Shown here in pieces: positions 17,885 through 26,719 of a DNA stretch of 64,000 bases. The number at the start of each line of letters is the position of its first letter. Position 1 is the first letter of the stretch. The stretch covers positions 16,962 to 80,961 of the forward strand of contig JBAYFM010000003.1 of NCBI GenBank assembly GCA_041667185.1, in the 5' to 3' direction. The DNA is from Patescibacteria group bacterium (lineage in GTDB: Bacteria; Patescibacteriota; Patescibacteriia; SG8-24). The notes beneath the pieces are model-generated. The model was not told the DNA's origin. It was given only the letters and a program-made list of their open reading frames with translations, and did not search any database. The translations under genes were made by a program, and so were the position numbers.

Positions 17885-18163
17885 GTGCCGATGATGATTA
17901 TCGGGTTGGTTCTGCAATACAGCTGGGTTCTTTTCGTGGTCGCGCTCGTCACGAGCATTTGGTCCCAACAACTCTTCCAGCAGGGTAATTTCGCTCGAGG
18001 CAAGAAGATCCTCGTCGTGTCGTTCTGGTGCGCCGCCGTCCTCGCCGTGACGAACGGCGTCGTCGGCTTCGTGGCCCGCGACGGCATGTCGCTCTTCATG
18101 GCCGCCATCTGGGCATATTTCGCCTGGCGCGACCAGCAGATCCTCAAGCGGCTCGGCGGCTGA
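17885..18163 (+). CDS. Small hypothetical membrane protein (3 predicted TM segments)
   Basis: SD caggaggtgtgccgATG. Hydrophobic segments throughout. Confidence 0.45.
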   Translation: MPMMIIGLVLQYSWVLFVVALVTSIWSQQLFQQGNFARGKKILVVSFWCAAVLAVTNGVVGFVARDGMSLFMAAIWAYFAWRDQQILKRLGG

Positions 18164-18343
18164 GGCTCCTGGCCGGCCAGCGACCTCTATCGGGTCTGAC
18201 TCCAATCACCAAGCGCACCCGTCCTGGGCGCGCTTTTTCTTTGCTCCGGAACGCGGCCTGACCGGCGCCAACGTCCACCGCAAAGTTGTCAGTTTTACCG
18301 TCGTCGGTTATTCTTTCTTAATATCAGCCACCTTTTTGATCAT

Positions 18344-18979
18344 ATGAAACATCACTTTCTAGCCCCGTCCTTGCTGCTCATCGGCCTCGTTCTCGCCGGA
18401 GCCGGTTGCGCCGGCGCGGCCGACGAACTCGCGGGCGACGCCCTGAAACCAACGGCGGTTCCATTATCCGCTTTGAACCTGGCCAAGCAGCTCACGGCTC
18501 AGGAACAGGCGCGCGCCAACGCCGAGGCCGACAGCATCGCCAACGAAATGACGGTCGCCATGGTGATCACCGAGAACGCGGCCGTTCCGCCAGGCATCGA
18601 GCCAGGCGCGACTTTCGGCTGCAGCGACCGCTCGGCTTACACCAAGGTCGCGCGCGAGTCCGATTCCGGCGATGTCCTGCGCGACGCGCTCCAGAGCCTG
18701 TTCGCGGTCCGCGACACCAACTACGACGGCCTCTATAACAGCCTAGCCTCGTCCTCGCTCGCGGTCGACAAGATCCAGAGCCGGGACGGCGTCACGACTG
18801 AGGTCTGGCTCAAGGGTCAGATCGTCTCGAGTGGCACCTGCGATGACCCGCGCATCAAGGAACAGATCGAAGCCACGGTCCGGCGCCTGAAGCCCGACTT
18901 CAAGATTTTTCTCAACGGTTCGGAAAAGAACTACCGCTGCATCGGCAACCAGAGCGGCGATTGCGCCCAGCCGAAATAA
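18344..18979 (+). CDS. Putative lipoprotein (signal peptide plus lipobox LAGAGC)
   Basis: MKHHFLAPSLLLIGLVLAGAGCAG. Several conserved-looking Cys pairs in the mature part. Confidence 0.5.
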   Translation: MKHHFLAPSLLLIGLVLAGAGCAGAADELAGDALKPTAVPLSALNLAKQLTAQEQARANAEADSIANEMTVAMVITENAAVPPGIEPGATFGCSDRSAYTKVARESDSGDVLRDALQSLFAVRDTNYDGLYNSLASSSLAVDKIQSRDGVTTEVWLKGQIVSSGTCDDPRIKEQIEATVRRLKPDFKIFLNGSEKNYRCIGNQSGDCAQPK

Positions 18980-18980
18980 T

Positions 18981-20864
18981 ATGACCGCCAACGAGATCCG
19001 CGAAAAATATCTGGATTTCTTCCGCCAGCGCGGCCATGCCGTGATTCCGTCCGCGTCGCTCATCCCGGAGAATGATCCGACAGTGCTCTTCACGACCGCC
19101 GGCATGCACCCGCTCGTCCCGTATCTTTTGGGCGAACCGCACCCCATGGGCAAACGCCTCACGGACGCGCAGAAGTGCATCCGCACCGGCGACATCGACG
19201 AAGTGGGGGATAATCGCCATCTGACCTTCTTCGAGATGCTCGGCAACTGGTCCTTAGGCGACTATTTCAAGAAAGAAGCCATTGCCTGGAGCTTCGAGTT
19301 CCTGACGGGTTCGGACTGGCTCAAGCTTGATCCGCAGCGTCTTTACGTCAGTTTTTTCGAAGGCGACGCCGTGGCGCCGCGCGACGACGAGTCGGCGGAG
19401 ATCTGGTGCCAGCAATTCGCCACGGCCGGCATCGACGCCAGGATCGGCGAGCGCATTTTTGCCTATCCCAAAGCCAAGAATTGGTGGGGTCCGGCCGGTC
19501 AGACCGGTCCGTGCGGTCCGGACACCGAGATGTTCTACGACACGCTGAACCTCGCCGATCCCAAGGAGCACGCGCTGGGCTGGGCTAGCAAAGAACCCTG
19601 CCACCCGAACTGCGACTGCGGCCGCTACGTCGAGATCTGGAACGATGTCTTCATGCAGTTCAACAAGAATGCGGAGGGTAAATTCGAGCCGCTCGCGAAA
19701 CCGAATGTCGATACCGGCATGGGCCTGGAGCGCACGACGATGATCCTGCAGAGCGTGCCGACGGTCTTCGATACGGAAATGTTCCAGCCGTTGTTCGCCG
19801 AGATCGAGTCCCGTTGCGGTAAGAAGTACGGCAGTGACGCCGAAACCACGCGCATGATGCGCATCATCGCCGACCACGCCAAAGCCGCGACCTTCATCAT
19901 CGGCGACCCGCGCGGCGTCGGTCCCTCGAACGTCGACCAGGGCTACATCGTGCGTCGGCTCATCCGCCGCGCCGTGCGTTTCGGCCGCAGTCTCGGCATC
20001 GAGGGATACTTCGTGACCGATCTCGCTCGCAAGGTCATCGAGTTGTACGCCGGGGCCTATTCCGAACTGGCGACGAATTCCGACCGCGTCATTCAGGAGC
20101 TTTCCGCCGAGGAGGAGAAGTTCAGCCACACGCTTCAGCGCGGCGCCGAAGAAGTGACTAGATTGATGGTCAGGCACAACCTCAAGAATATGGGGTCTCC
20201 CGGCGTTCAGTCGACTTCGATTACCGGTAAAGAAGCGTTTTATTTGTACGAATCATTCGGTTTCCCGAAAGAGATCACTGAAGAGATCATCGGCGATAAG
20301 ATCGATCAGAACGAATGGGACGCTGAGATGAAGAAACATCAGGACCTCTCTCGCGCCGGCGCCGAACAGAAATTCTCCGGCGGCCTCGCGGACCACTCCG
20401 AGGATGTCGTTCGGCTGCATACCGCGACCCACATGCTGCACGCCGCGCTCCGCCAGGTGCTCGGCGATCATGTCGAGCAGCGCGGTTCGAACATCACCGC
20501 CGAACGTCTGCGTTTCGATTTTTCGCACCCGCAGAAGCTGACGCCCGACGAATTGAAAAAAGTTGAAGCGATCGTCAACGAGAAGATCGCCGCCGACCTG
20601 CCGGTGACGTTCGCCATGATGACGGTCGATGAAGCCAAAGCCGCGGGTTCGATCGGCCTCTTCGAAGACAAATATTCCAAGCTCGGCAACAAAGTGAAAG
20701 TCTACACCGTCGGCGACGATGCCCATGGCGTCTATTCGCGCGAGATCTGCGGCGGCCCGCACGCCGAGCGCACGAGCCAGCTCGTCTCTTTCAAGATCCT
20801 CAAAGAAGAAGCTTCTTCGGCCGGCATCCGCCGCATCAAAGCCGTCGTCGGCCAAGCCGCTTGA
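18981..20864 (+). CDS. alaS: Alanine--tRNA ligase, short form (catalytic plus editing domains, no C-Ala domain)
   Basis: N-terminus MTANEIREKYLDFFRQRGHAVIPSASLIPENDPTVLFTTAGM. Editing-domain HTATHMLHAAL and CGGPH motifs. 627 aa versus ~870 aa typical. Confidence 0.85.
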   Translation: MTANEIREKYLDFFRQRGHAVIPSASLIPENDPTVLFTTAGMHPLVPYLLGEPHPMGKRLTDAQKCIRTGDIDEVGDNRHLTFFEMLGNWSLGDYFKKEAIAWSFEFLTGSDWLKLDPQRLYVSFFEGDAVAPRDDESAEIWCQQFATAGIDARIGERIFAYPKAKNWWGPAGQTGPCGPDTEMFYDTLNLADPKEHALGWASKEPCHPNCDCGRYVEIWNDVFMQFNKNAEGKFEPLAKPNVDTGMGLERTTMILQSVPTVFDTEMFQPLFAEIESRCGKKYGSDAETTRMMRIIADHAKAATFIIGDPRGVGPSNVDQGYIVRRLIRRAVRFGRSLGIEGYFVTDLARKVIELYAGAYSELATNSDRVIQELSAEEEKFSHTLQRGAEEVTRLMVRHNLKNMGSPGVQSTSITGKEAFYLYESFGFPKEITEEIIGDKIDQNEWDAEMKKHQDLSRAGAEQKFSGGLADHSEDVVRLHTATHMLHAALRQVLGDHVEQRGSNITAERLRFDFSHPQKLTPDELKKVEAIVNEKIAADLPVTFAMMTVDEAKAAGSIGLFEDKYSKLGNKVKVYTVGDDAHGVYSREICGGPHAERTSQLVSFKILKEEASSAGIRRIKAVVGQAA

Positions 20865-20908
20865 GCTTAAGGCTGGATAAGCTCAATTCGGTCCTCAGGC
20901 TCAAGCGC

Positions 20909-20936
20909 TTGACAAGCGGCGTCACACTGCTACAAT
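20909..20936 (+). promoter_or_regulatory. Strong sigma70-like promoter candidate TTGACA-16-TACAAT upstream of infA/alpha-operon
   Basis: TTGACA at 20909-20914, TACAAT at 20931-20936. Confidence 0.55.
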
Positions 20937-21023
20937 ATCCAGGCTTAAGAAAGCGCACCTATCGGCTTACCGGCCGGGGCGCGGTTTCTGCATAAATTTT
21001 TTATTTCGCACCGCCCAGCCGCT

Positions 21024-21284
21024 ATGGCTGAGAATACCACAGTCGATCCAGCCGCTTCCGTCGCGGAGGATGTCTCGAAAAAGTTCATCGAAATGCACGG
21101 GGTGATCGAGGAGTGTCTCCCGGCCGCTTCTTTCCGGGTCCGCCTGGACAACGGCCAAGTGATCCTCGGACATCTGTCGGGCAAAATGAGAATGAACCGC
21201 ATCCGTCTGCTTCCTGGCGACGAGGTCAAGGTCGAAATGACTCCCTACGACCTCACCAAGGGTCGGATCGTTTACCGGTATTGA
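21024..21284 (+). CDS. infA: Translation initiation factor IF-1
   Basis: ...[65 protein letters not shown] is an S1-like IF-1 sequence. Confidence 0.9.
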   Translation: MAENTTVDPAASVAEDVSKKFIEMHGVIEECLPAASFRVRLDNGQVILGHLSGKMRMNRIRLLPGDEVKVEMTPYDLTKGRIVYRY

Positions 21285-21405
21285 TCCGGTGCAACGTTGC
21301 GGACAGGGGGCAGTGGACAGAAAAAAGGCCGTGCTGTACACTGTTTCCGCTTCGCTCAAAGCAAGCTTATTTTATTCAGTTAAGGCGCCTGGCGCCCCAG
21401 CAACA

Positions 21406-21519
21406 TGAAAGTCAGGGCTTCTGTCAAGAAAATCTGCCGCAACTGCAAGGTCATCCGAAGGTTCAATCGCCTTTACGTCATTTGTAAAACCGCGAAGCAT
21501 AAGCAACGTCAGGGCTAAT
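21406..21519 (+). CDS. rpmJ: 50S ribosomal protein L36
   Basis: Manual translation: [37 protein letters not shown] (37 aa, below the ORF-track cutoff). Confidence 0.85.
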
Positions 21520-21556
21520 TGGCTGATCGCCAATAGCTGATAGCTAATAGCAAACT

Positions 21557-21943
21557 ATGGCTGCTCGTATCGCCGGCATCACTCTGCCCAACAAACACAT
21601 CGAGATCGCGCTGACCTACATTTATGGTATCGGCCGTTCTCGCGCTCAGAAGATCCTGAAACAGATGAAGATCAAGTTGACCACCCGCGCCAACGATCTG
21701 ACCGCCGACGAGGTCAACCGGCTGCGCGAGGAGATCGAGAAGAACTACAAGATCGAGGGCGAGTTGCGCCGCGATGTCCAGGCCAACGTCAAGCGCCTGA
21801 AAGAGATCAATTCCTACCGCGGCAGCCGCCACGCCAAGGGTCTGCCCGCTCGCGGCCAGCGCACCAAGACCAACTCCCGCACCGTGCGCGGCAATGTCCG
21901 CCGGACGATGGGTTCGGGCCGCTCCAAACTCACCAAGACCTAA
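21557..21943 (+). CDS. rpsM: 30S ribosomal protein S13
   Basis: [34 protein letters not shown]... Confidence 0.95.
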   Translation: MAARIAGITLPNKHIEIALTYIYGIGRSRAQKILKQMKIKLTTRANDLTADEVNRLREEIEKNYKIEGELRRDVQANVKRLKEINSYRGSRHAKGLPARGQRTKTNSRTVRGNVRRTMGSGRSKLTKT

Positions 21944-21973
21944 AGCCGCAGGCTGAACTGATCATCAATCACT

Positions 21974-22441
21974 ATGGAAGACGTCAAGAAAAACGATCCC
22001 AAGGCTGCGGAGACTGCCGCCCCGGCCGGAGCCGACAAGGCCGCTGATGCCGCCAAGACGAAAGGCCGGAGCCGCCGCCGCAAGGCTGTGCGTCAGGTCT
22101 CGAGCGGCCGCGCCTACGTCCACGCTTCTTACAACAACACCATCGTTACCGTGACCGATGCGAACGGCAATGTCCTCGGCTGGTCGAGCGCTGGCAAGGT
22201 CGGTTTCAAGGGTCCCAAGAAGGCGACCCCGTACGCCGCGAGCGTGATCGTCAAGGATCTCATCGACCGCATCCGCGACACCGGCCTCAAGGAAGTCAAC
22301 GTCTTCGTCTGCGGCATCGGTTCCGGCCGCGAAGCCTCGGTCCGCGCGCTGCATGCCAACGGCATCAACGTGCTCGCGATCAAGGATATGACCCCGATCC
22401 CACATAACGGCTGCCGCGCGCCTAAGCCGCGCCGCATCTAG
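21974..22441 (+). CDS. rpsK: 30S ribosomal protein S11 (with Ala/Lys-rich N-terminal extension)
   Basis: ...AYVHASYNNTIVTVTDANGNVLGWSSAG... Confidence 0.9.
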   Translation: MEDVKKNDPKAAETAAPAGADKAADAAKTKGRSRRRKAVRQVSSGRAYVHASYNNTIVTVTDANGNVLGWSSAGKVGFKGPKKATPYAASVIVKDLIDRIRDTGLKEVNVFVCGIGSGREASVRALHANGINVLAIKDMTPIPHNGCRAPKPRRI

Positions 22442-22452
22442 CGCCACTGACT

Positions 22453-23082
22453 ATGTCTAGGAGACTCGAATCCAAATGCAAGATGTGCCGGCGGGAGGGC
22501 GAGAAGCTTTTCCTTCGCGGCGACAAATGTAACACGGCGCACTGTCCGATCGTGCGGCGCAATTTCAAGCCGGGCGTTCATGGCCCGACCTCGCGCCCGC
22601 GGCCGACTCCGTACGGCATCCAGCTGCGCGAGAAGCAGAAGGTCAAGGAGATCTACGGCATCCAGGAGCGCCAGTTCCGGAATTATTTCCTCAAGGCCAA
22701 GCGCAAGATCGGCAACACGGCCAGTTTCATGGTCCAGATGCTCGAGATGCGGTTGGACAACGTCGTTTTCCGCCTTGGTTTCGGCCGCGCCCGTTCGCTG
22801 GCTCGTCAGCTCGTGAGCCATGGCCACATCCGGGTCAACAACAAGCGCGTCACCGTGGCCTCCTATCAGGTGAAGCCCGGCGACGTCATCACTTACGGCG
22901 ACCGCATCAAGAAGAGCAAGCTCGTGAGCGCTGATCTGGCCCGCATCGAGAAGCATCAGACGCCGGGTTGGCTCAATCTCGACGCCAAAGAACTGACTGG
23001 CAAGGTCCTGAACCGCCCGGAAGGCGAGGATTTGAAGCAGAATTTCGACCCGACCAAGATAGTCGAGTTCTACTCCAGATAA
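22453..23082 (+). CDS. rpsD: 30S ribosomal protein S4
   Basis: N-terminal zinc ribbon CKMCRREG...CNTAHC. S4 domain. Confidence 0.95.
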   Translation: MSRRLESKCKMCRREGEKLFLRGDKCNTAHCPIVRRNFKPGVHGPTSRPRPTPYGIQLREKQKVKEIYGIQERQFRNYFLKAKRKIGNTASFMVQMLEMRLDNVVFRLGFGRARSLARQLVSHGHIRVNNKRVTVASYQVKPGDVITYGDRIKKSKLVSADLARIEKHQTPGWLNLDAKELTGKVLNRPEGEDLKQNFDPTKIVEFYSR

Positions 23083-23124
23083 CCAAGCCGGCCCGTTCGC
23101 GGGTCGGAACCATGCATCAAAATT

Positions 23125-23991
23125 ATGGAAGACTTATTGCTTCCTTCTAAGGTCGAGATCATCCCCGGCAAGACCGAACGCGAAGCCGTGCTCGTCGTCG
23201 AGCCGTGTTTCCACGGTTACGGCACCACCATCGGCAACGCTCTGCGCCGCGTGATGCTGTCGTCACTCCCGGGCGCCGCCGTCACCGCCATCAAGATCAA
23301 GGGCGTCCAGCACGAGTTTTCGTCCATTCCCGGCGTCAAAGAGGACACGCTCGAGGTCGTCCTGAACATGAAGGCTCTGCGTTTGCGCCTGTTCGGCGAG
23401 GGCCCGGTCCGTCTGCGCCTCTACGCCAAGGGCGCGACCGAAGTCACGGCCGCCGACATCGAAGGCAATTCCGACGTCGAGATCGTCAATCCTGATCTGC
23501 ACATCGCCACCCTGACCGACAAGAAGTCCGAGTTCGAGATGGAGATCATCGTCGGCAAGGGCCGCGGCTACACCACCACCGAGGAGCGCAGCAAGGAGAA
23601 GGCCGAGCTCGGCGTCATCGCCATCGATTCCATCTTCTCGCCGGTGCGCGAGGTCGGCTATCGCGTGGAGAACGTCCGCGTCGGCCGCATCACCAACTTC
23701 GACAAGCTGGTCATGGACATCGAGACTGACGGTACGATGATGCCGTCCGAGGCCGTCGATCGCTCGGTGCGCATCCTGATCGACCATTTCACCCTGATCC
23801 TGAACCGCGGTACGGTCGTTGAGCCGGCTCTGCCGGAACTCGCCGCCGAGGTTGCGCCGATCGAAGCCGCGGAAGCGGTCGAGGTCGCCGCTCCGGCCGA
23901 GGTCGAAGAGACCGAGGAGTCGGATGAGGATAAGAAAGATAAGAAGGCCAAGGCCCCCAAGAAGGCCAAGAAGGCCGCCAAGAAAAAATAG
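23125..23991 (+). CDS. rpoA: DNA-directed RNA polymerase alpha subunit, N-terminal domain only, with acidic/Lys-rich tail replacing the alpha-CTD
   Basis: Alpha-NTD motifs (GYGTTIGNALRRVMLSSLPGAAVTAIKI...). The last ~55 aa are EAAEAVEVAAPAEVEETEESDEDKKDKKAKAPKKAKKAAKKK. Confidence 0.9.
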   Translation: MEDLLLPSKVEIIPGKTEREAVLVVEPCFHGYGTTIGNALRRVMLSSLPGAAVTAIKIKGVQHEFSSIPGVKEDTLEVVLNMKALRLRLFGEGPVRLRLYAKGATEVTAADIEGNSDVEIVNPDLHIATLTDKKSEFEMEIIVGKGRGYTTTEERSKEKAELGVIAIDSIFSPVREVGYRVENVRVGRITNFDKLVMDIETDGTMMPSEAVDRSVRILIDHFTLILNRGTVVEPALPELAAEVAPIEAAEAVEVAAPAEVEETEESDEDKKDKKAKAPKKAKKAAKKK

Positions 23992-24032
23992 GCGCTGGAT
24001 CATAATCGCCAAGCTTAAGTCACTGGAAGAAT

Positions 24033-24383
24033 ATGCGTCATCGGAATACCGGAAAGATCCTCGACAGGAAGATCGGGCCGCGCAAAGCGTTGCTGAAGGG
24101 CTTGGCGACCAGTTTGATCCTGTACGAAAAGATCAAGACCACCAAGGCCAAAGCCAAAGCGGTCCGACCTCTCGTGGAGAAGCTGATCACCTCGGGCAAA
24201 GTCGGCGGCGTGGCCGCGCGGCGCGCCCTGCAACAGTCGCTCACGAGCGAGAACGCCGCTAAGAAGGTCGTCGAAGAGCTCGCTCCGCGCTATAAGGACC
24301 GCAAGGGCGGTTATCTGCGCATCACGACGCTGGGTCGCCGCCAGGGCGACGCGGCCGAGATGGTCCAGATCGAACTCGTCTAG
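24033..24383 (+). CDS. rplQ: 50S ribosomal protein L17
   Basis: MRHRNTGKILDRKIGPRKALLKGLATSLILYEKIKTT... Confidence 0.9.
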   Translation: MRHRNTGKILDRKIGPRKALLKGLATSLILYEKIKTTKAKAKAVRPLVEKLITSGKVGGVAARRALQQSLTSENAAKKVVEELAPRYKDRKGGYLRITTLGRRQGDAAEMVQIELV

Positions 24384-24394
24384 CTGATAAAGAT

Positions 24395-24766
24395 ATGGCA
24401 CGCACTACCGTCAAAAAGAGCAAGACCGTCACCCTCGACGCCGCCGGCCAGAGCGTCGGCCGCCTCGCGACCGAAGTTTCGCAGCTGCTTCAGGGTAAGC
24501 GGGATCCGGGCTACGAGCCGCGGATCGATTCCGGCGTCGCGGTCGAGGTCAAGAATATCAGCAAGCTGAAGTTCACCGGCAAGAAGCTGGACCAGAAGAT
24601 CTATTATCATTACTCCGGCTACCCGGGCGGCATGCGGGAGCGTCAGCTCAAGGATGTGCTCGCCAGGAGCCCGGCCGAGGTGCTGCGCCGGACCGTCTGG
24701 AACATGCTGCCGAAGAATCGCCAGCGCAAGGACCGGATGAAGCGGCTCACGGTCGCTAAAGAGTAG
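24395..24766 (+). CDS. rplM: 50S ribosomal protein L13
   Basis: ...YYHYSGYPGGMRERQ... Confidence 0.9.
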   Translation: MARTTVKKSKTVTLDAAGQSVGRLATEVSQLLQGKRDPGYEPRIDSGVAVEVKNISKLKFTGKKLDQKIYYHYSGYPGGMRERQLKDVLARSPAEVLRRTVWNMLPKNRQRKDRMKRLTVAKE

Positions 24767-24774
24767 TACCACCT

Positions 24775-25347
24775 ATGACTGCCACCAAGAAACCCGAGAC
24801 CGCCAAACCGGCTGTCAAGAAAGCCGCTCCGAAGAAACCGGCCGCCGCCAAGAAACCGGCCGTCAAGAAGCCGGAAGTCGTCGTCGAAGCCGAGGTCGCG
24901 GTGAAGATCGCTGCTCCGGTCGTCGTTGAGAAACCGGCCGCTGCCGTCGCTGGAGCTTCCGGTTACATCTACGCCCTGGGTCGCCGCAAGCGCGCCACCG
25001 TTCAGGCTAGACTGTATTCGAACGGCAAGGGCGAGATCAAAGTGAACGGCAAACCTTTGAAGGAATATTTCACCACCGACGTTCTGCAGAGCACGGTCAT
25101 GGCCCCGCTCAAGGCTGTCGGCCTTGATGACAAGGTCAATATCGATCTCAAGGCCATCGGCGGCGGCATGGCCGCCCAGGCCGGAGCCGCCCGGCACGGC
25201 ATTTCGCGGACGCTCGTGAAGATGAACGAGGAGTTCCGCAAGACCCTGAAACCGATGGGCTTCATGACTCGCGATCCGCGCGAGAAGGAGCGCAAGAAGT
25301 ACGGTTTGAAGAAAGCGCGCAAAGGACCGCAGTGGGCCAAGCGCTAA
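24775..25347 (+). CDS. rpsI: 30S ribosomal protein S9 (with ~60-aa Lys/Ala/Pro-rich N-terminal extension)
   Basis: ...GYIYALGRRKRATVQARL...GGGMAAQAGAARHGISR...KKARKGPQWAKR. Confidence 0.9.
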   Translation: MTATKKPETAKPAVKKAAPKKPAAAKKPAVKKPEVVVEAEVAVKIAAPVVVEKPAAAVAGASGYIYALGRRKRATVQARLYSNGKGEIKVNGKPLKEYFTTDVLQSTVMAPLKAVGLDDKVNIDLKAIGGGMAAQAGAARHGISRTLVKMNEEFRKTLKPMGFMTRDPREKERKKYGLKKARKGPQWAKR

Positions 25348-25363
25348 CAGCAGAACTGAAATT

Positions 25364-25388
25364 CCCGGCCGTGAGGCCGGGAGTTTTG
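25364..25388 (+). terminator. Rho-independent terminator after rpsI
   Basis: CCCGGCC-gtga-GGCCGGG followed by AGTTTTG. Confidence 0.6.
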
Positions 25389-25395
25389 ATATATC

Positions 25396-25454
25396 GATCA
25401 GGTGCCTGGCATCGATCGGGTGTCTGGCTCCCCGCGGATGCCTGGCACCTGATC
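25396..25454. repeat. Perfect 18-bp inverted repeat (GATCAGGTGCCTGGCATC ... GATGCCTGGCACCTGATC) with a 23-nt loop
   Basis: Seen directly. The loop segment GGTGTCT is also complementary to AGACACC just downstream (25461-25467). Confidence 0.7.
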
Positions 25455-25469
25455 AAAAAAAGACACCGA

Positions 25470-25502
25470 AATAAAAATCCCGACGGCCGAGGCGTCGTCG
25501 GG
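25470..25502 (-). terminator. Rho-independent terminator for the 25523 minus-strand gene
   Basis: CCCGACG-...-CGTCGGG hairpin preceded on plus strand by AAATAAAAAT (U-run on minus strand). Confidence 0.55.
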
Positions 25503-25522
25503 ATCGATATCGAGGAAAGGAA

Positions 25523-26533
25523 CTATTCGGTGGGTGCTTCGCGTCGGAAGAAGACCAGCCAGATGCGCATGAGGTAGTCGACGGCCTTTTCCTTGCCGTG
25601 GGCGTGGATGTAGTACTCGCCCTTGGTCACGTTCTCGCCATAGAACAGCCGGTGCAGATTCTGGCGCGTGTCCGACCAGTCGATGCTGATGACGCTCTTG
25701 CGCCAGCCGATGGTGATCTCGCCCAGGTGCATCCGGAACTTGAACCACGGGGCGCAGCGCTCGCAGTCGCAGTAGCCGTTGGGGATGGCTTCGAGCTTGG
25801 CGTCGCCGTAACCGGCGGCTTGGAGGATCTCGCTAAAATATTGTCGCATCTCCTGCTCGCGGTGCTGGCGATTGCACTTGCGGTGATAGTAGCGCCGAAC
25901 GTTGAAGAGTGCTTCGTCGCCGGGCTGAATGACGTAGTCGTCGTCGATACCCTCGCGTTCGCCGACCTAGCCGAGTTTGTTGATCTTCGCATCCGGATAC
26001 TTCGGATCCGACCGCATATCGATGAAGCGATCGTTGCGGATCGAACTGCCGCCCGATTGGATGAAGTACTCGGCAGCGCGCCGGCGGGCGAAGACTATTT
26101 TGACCTCGCCGAGCGTCTGGCCGACGAATCGGGTGAGGTCGACGACCTTGGTGTCGCAGGTGGCGTGGAAGTCGTGGCAATCGGCCAGACTCCAGTATTC
26201 GCCGCAGTGCGCACAGCAAATGGATCGCGGCGGCGCGGGGACCTCGAGGGCGACCTCGATCCACGTATTGGCCGGCAAGTAGTTCCAGAGTTCCTTTTGC
26301 GGCAGGACATCGGGCAGACCCAGGACCATCTCTTTAGGGATATTCTTGCCGGTGATCCGGCTGAAGTTACCGCAGGAGTCGGTGGTCCAGCGCCCGAGGA
26401 TCACGAAGTCGTTCAGCCGCTCATGCCGCTTGTAGCCGGCCCGGAAGCGGTCGTCGATGAGCCGGTTGAGACCCTCGAGGTCGGTCAGGTATTTGGCTAT
26501 CCCTTCGGCGGTATCGTACGGTTTCGTTGTCAT
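25523..26533 (-). pseudogene. Cys-rich hypothetical protein interrupted by an in-frame TAG (at 25967-25969); pseudogene or recoding candidate
   Basis: ORFs 25967..26620 and 25523..25849 are in the same frame, and the 117 nt between them has strong GC3 codon bias. Motifs CCAHCGEYW, CHDFHATC, YCDCERCAP. Likely start at MTTKPYD (26533). Confidence 0.5.
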
Positions 26534-26719
26534 GATCTGACCTTTCGTTGGGTTGTGAAAGTACTTGGTGTTTACGGTCAGGATGAACAAATATATAGCT
26601 AAAATACGGCTAGAGGTCAAGTTATCGCTCAGTCGGAACCGCTGGGTGCCTCCGGATATACTTAAACTATGGTAAAATGGATCACGTTCGGTTCATCTAA
26701 TAAATGTTCAAACGGATAT

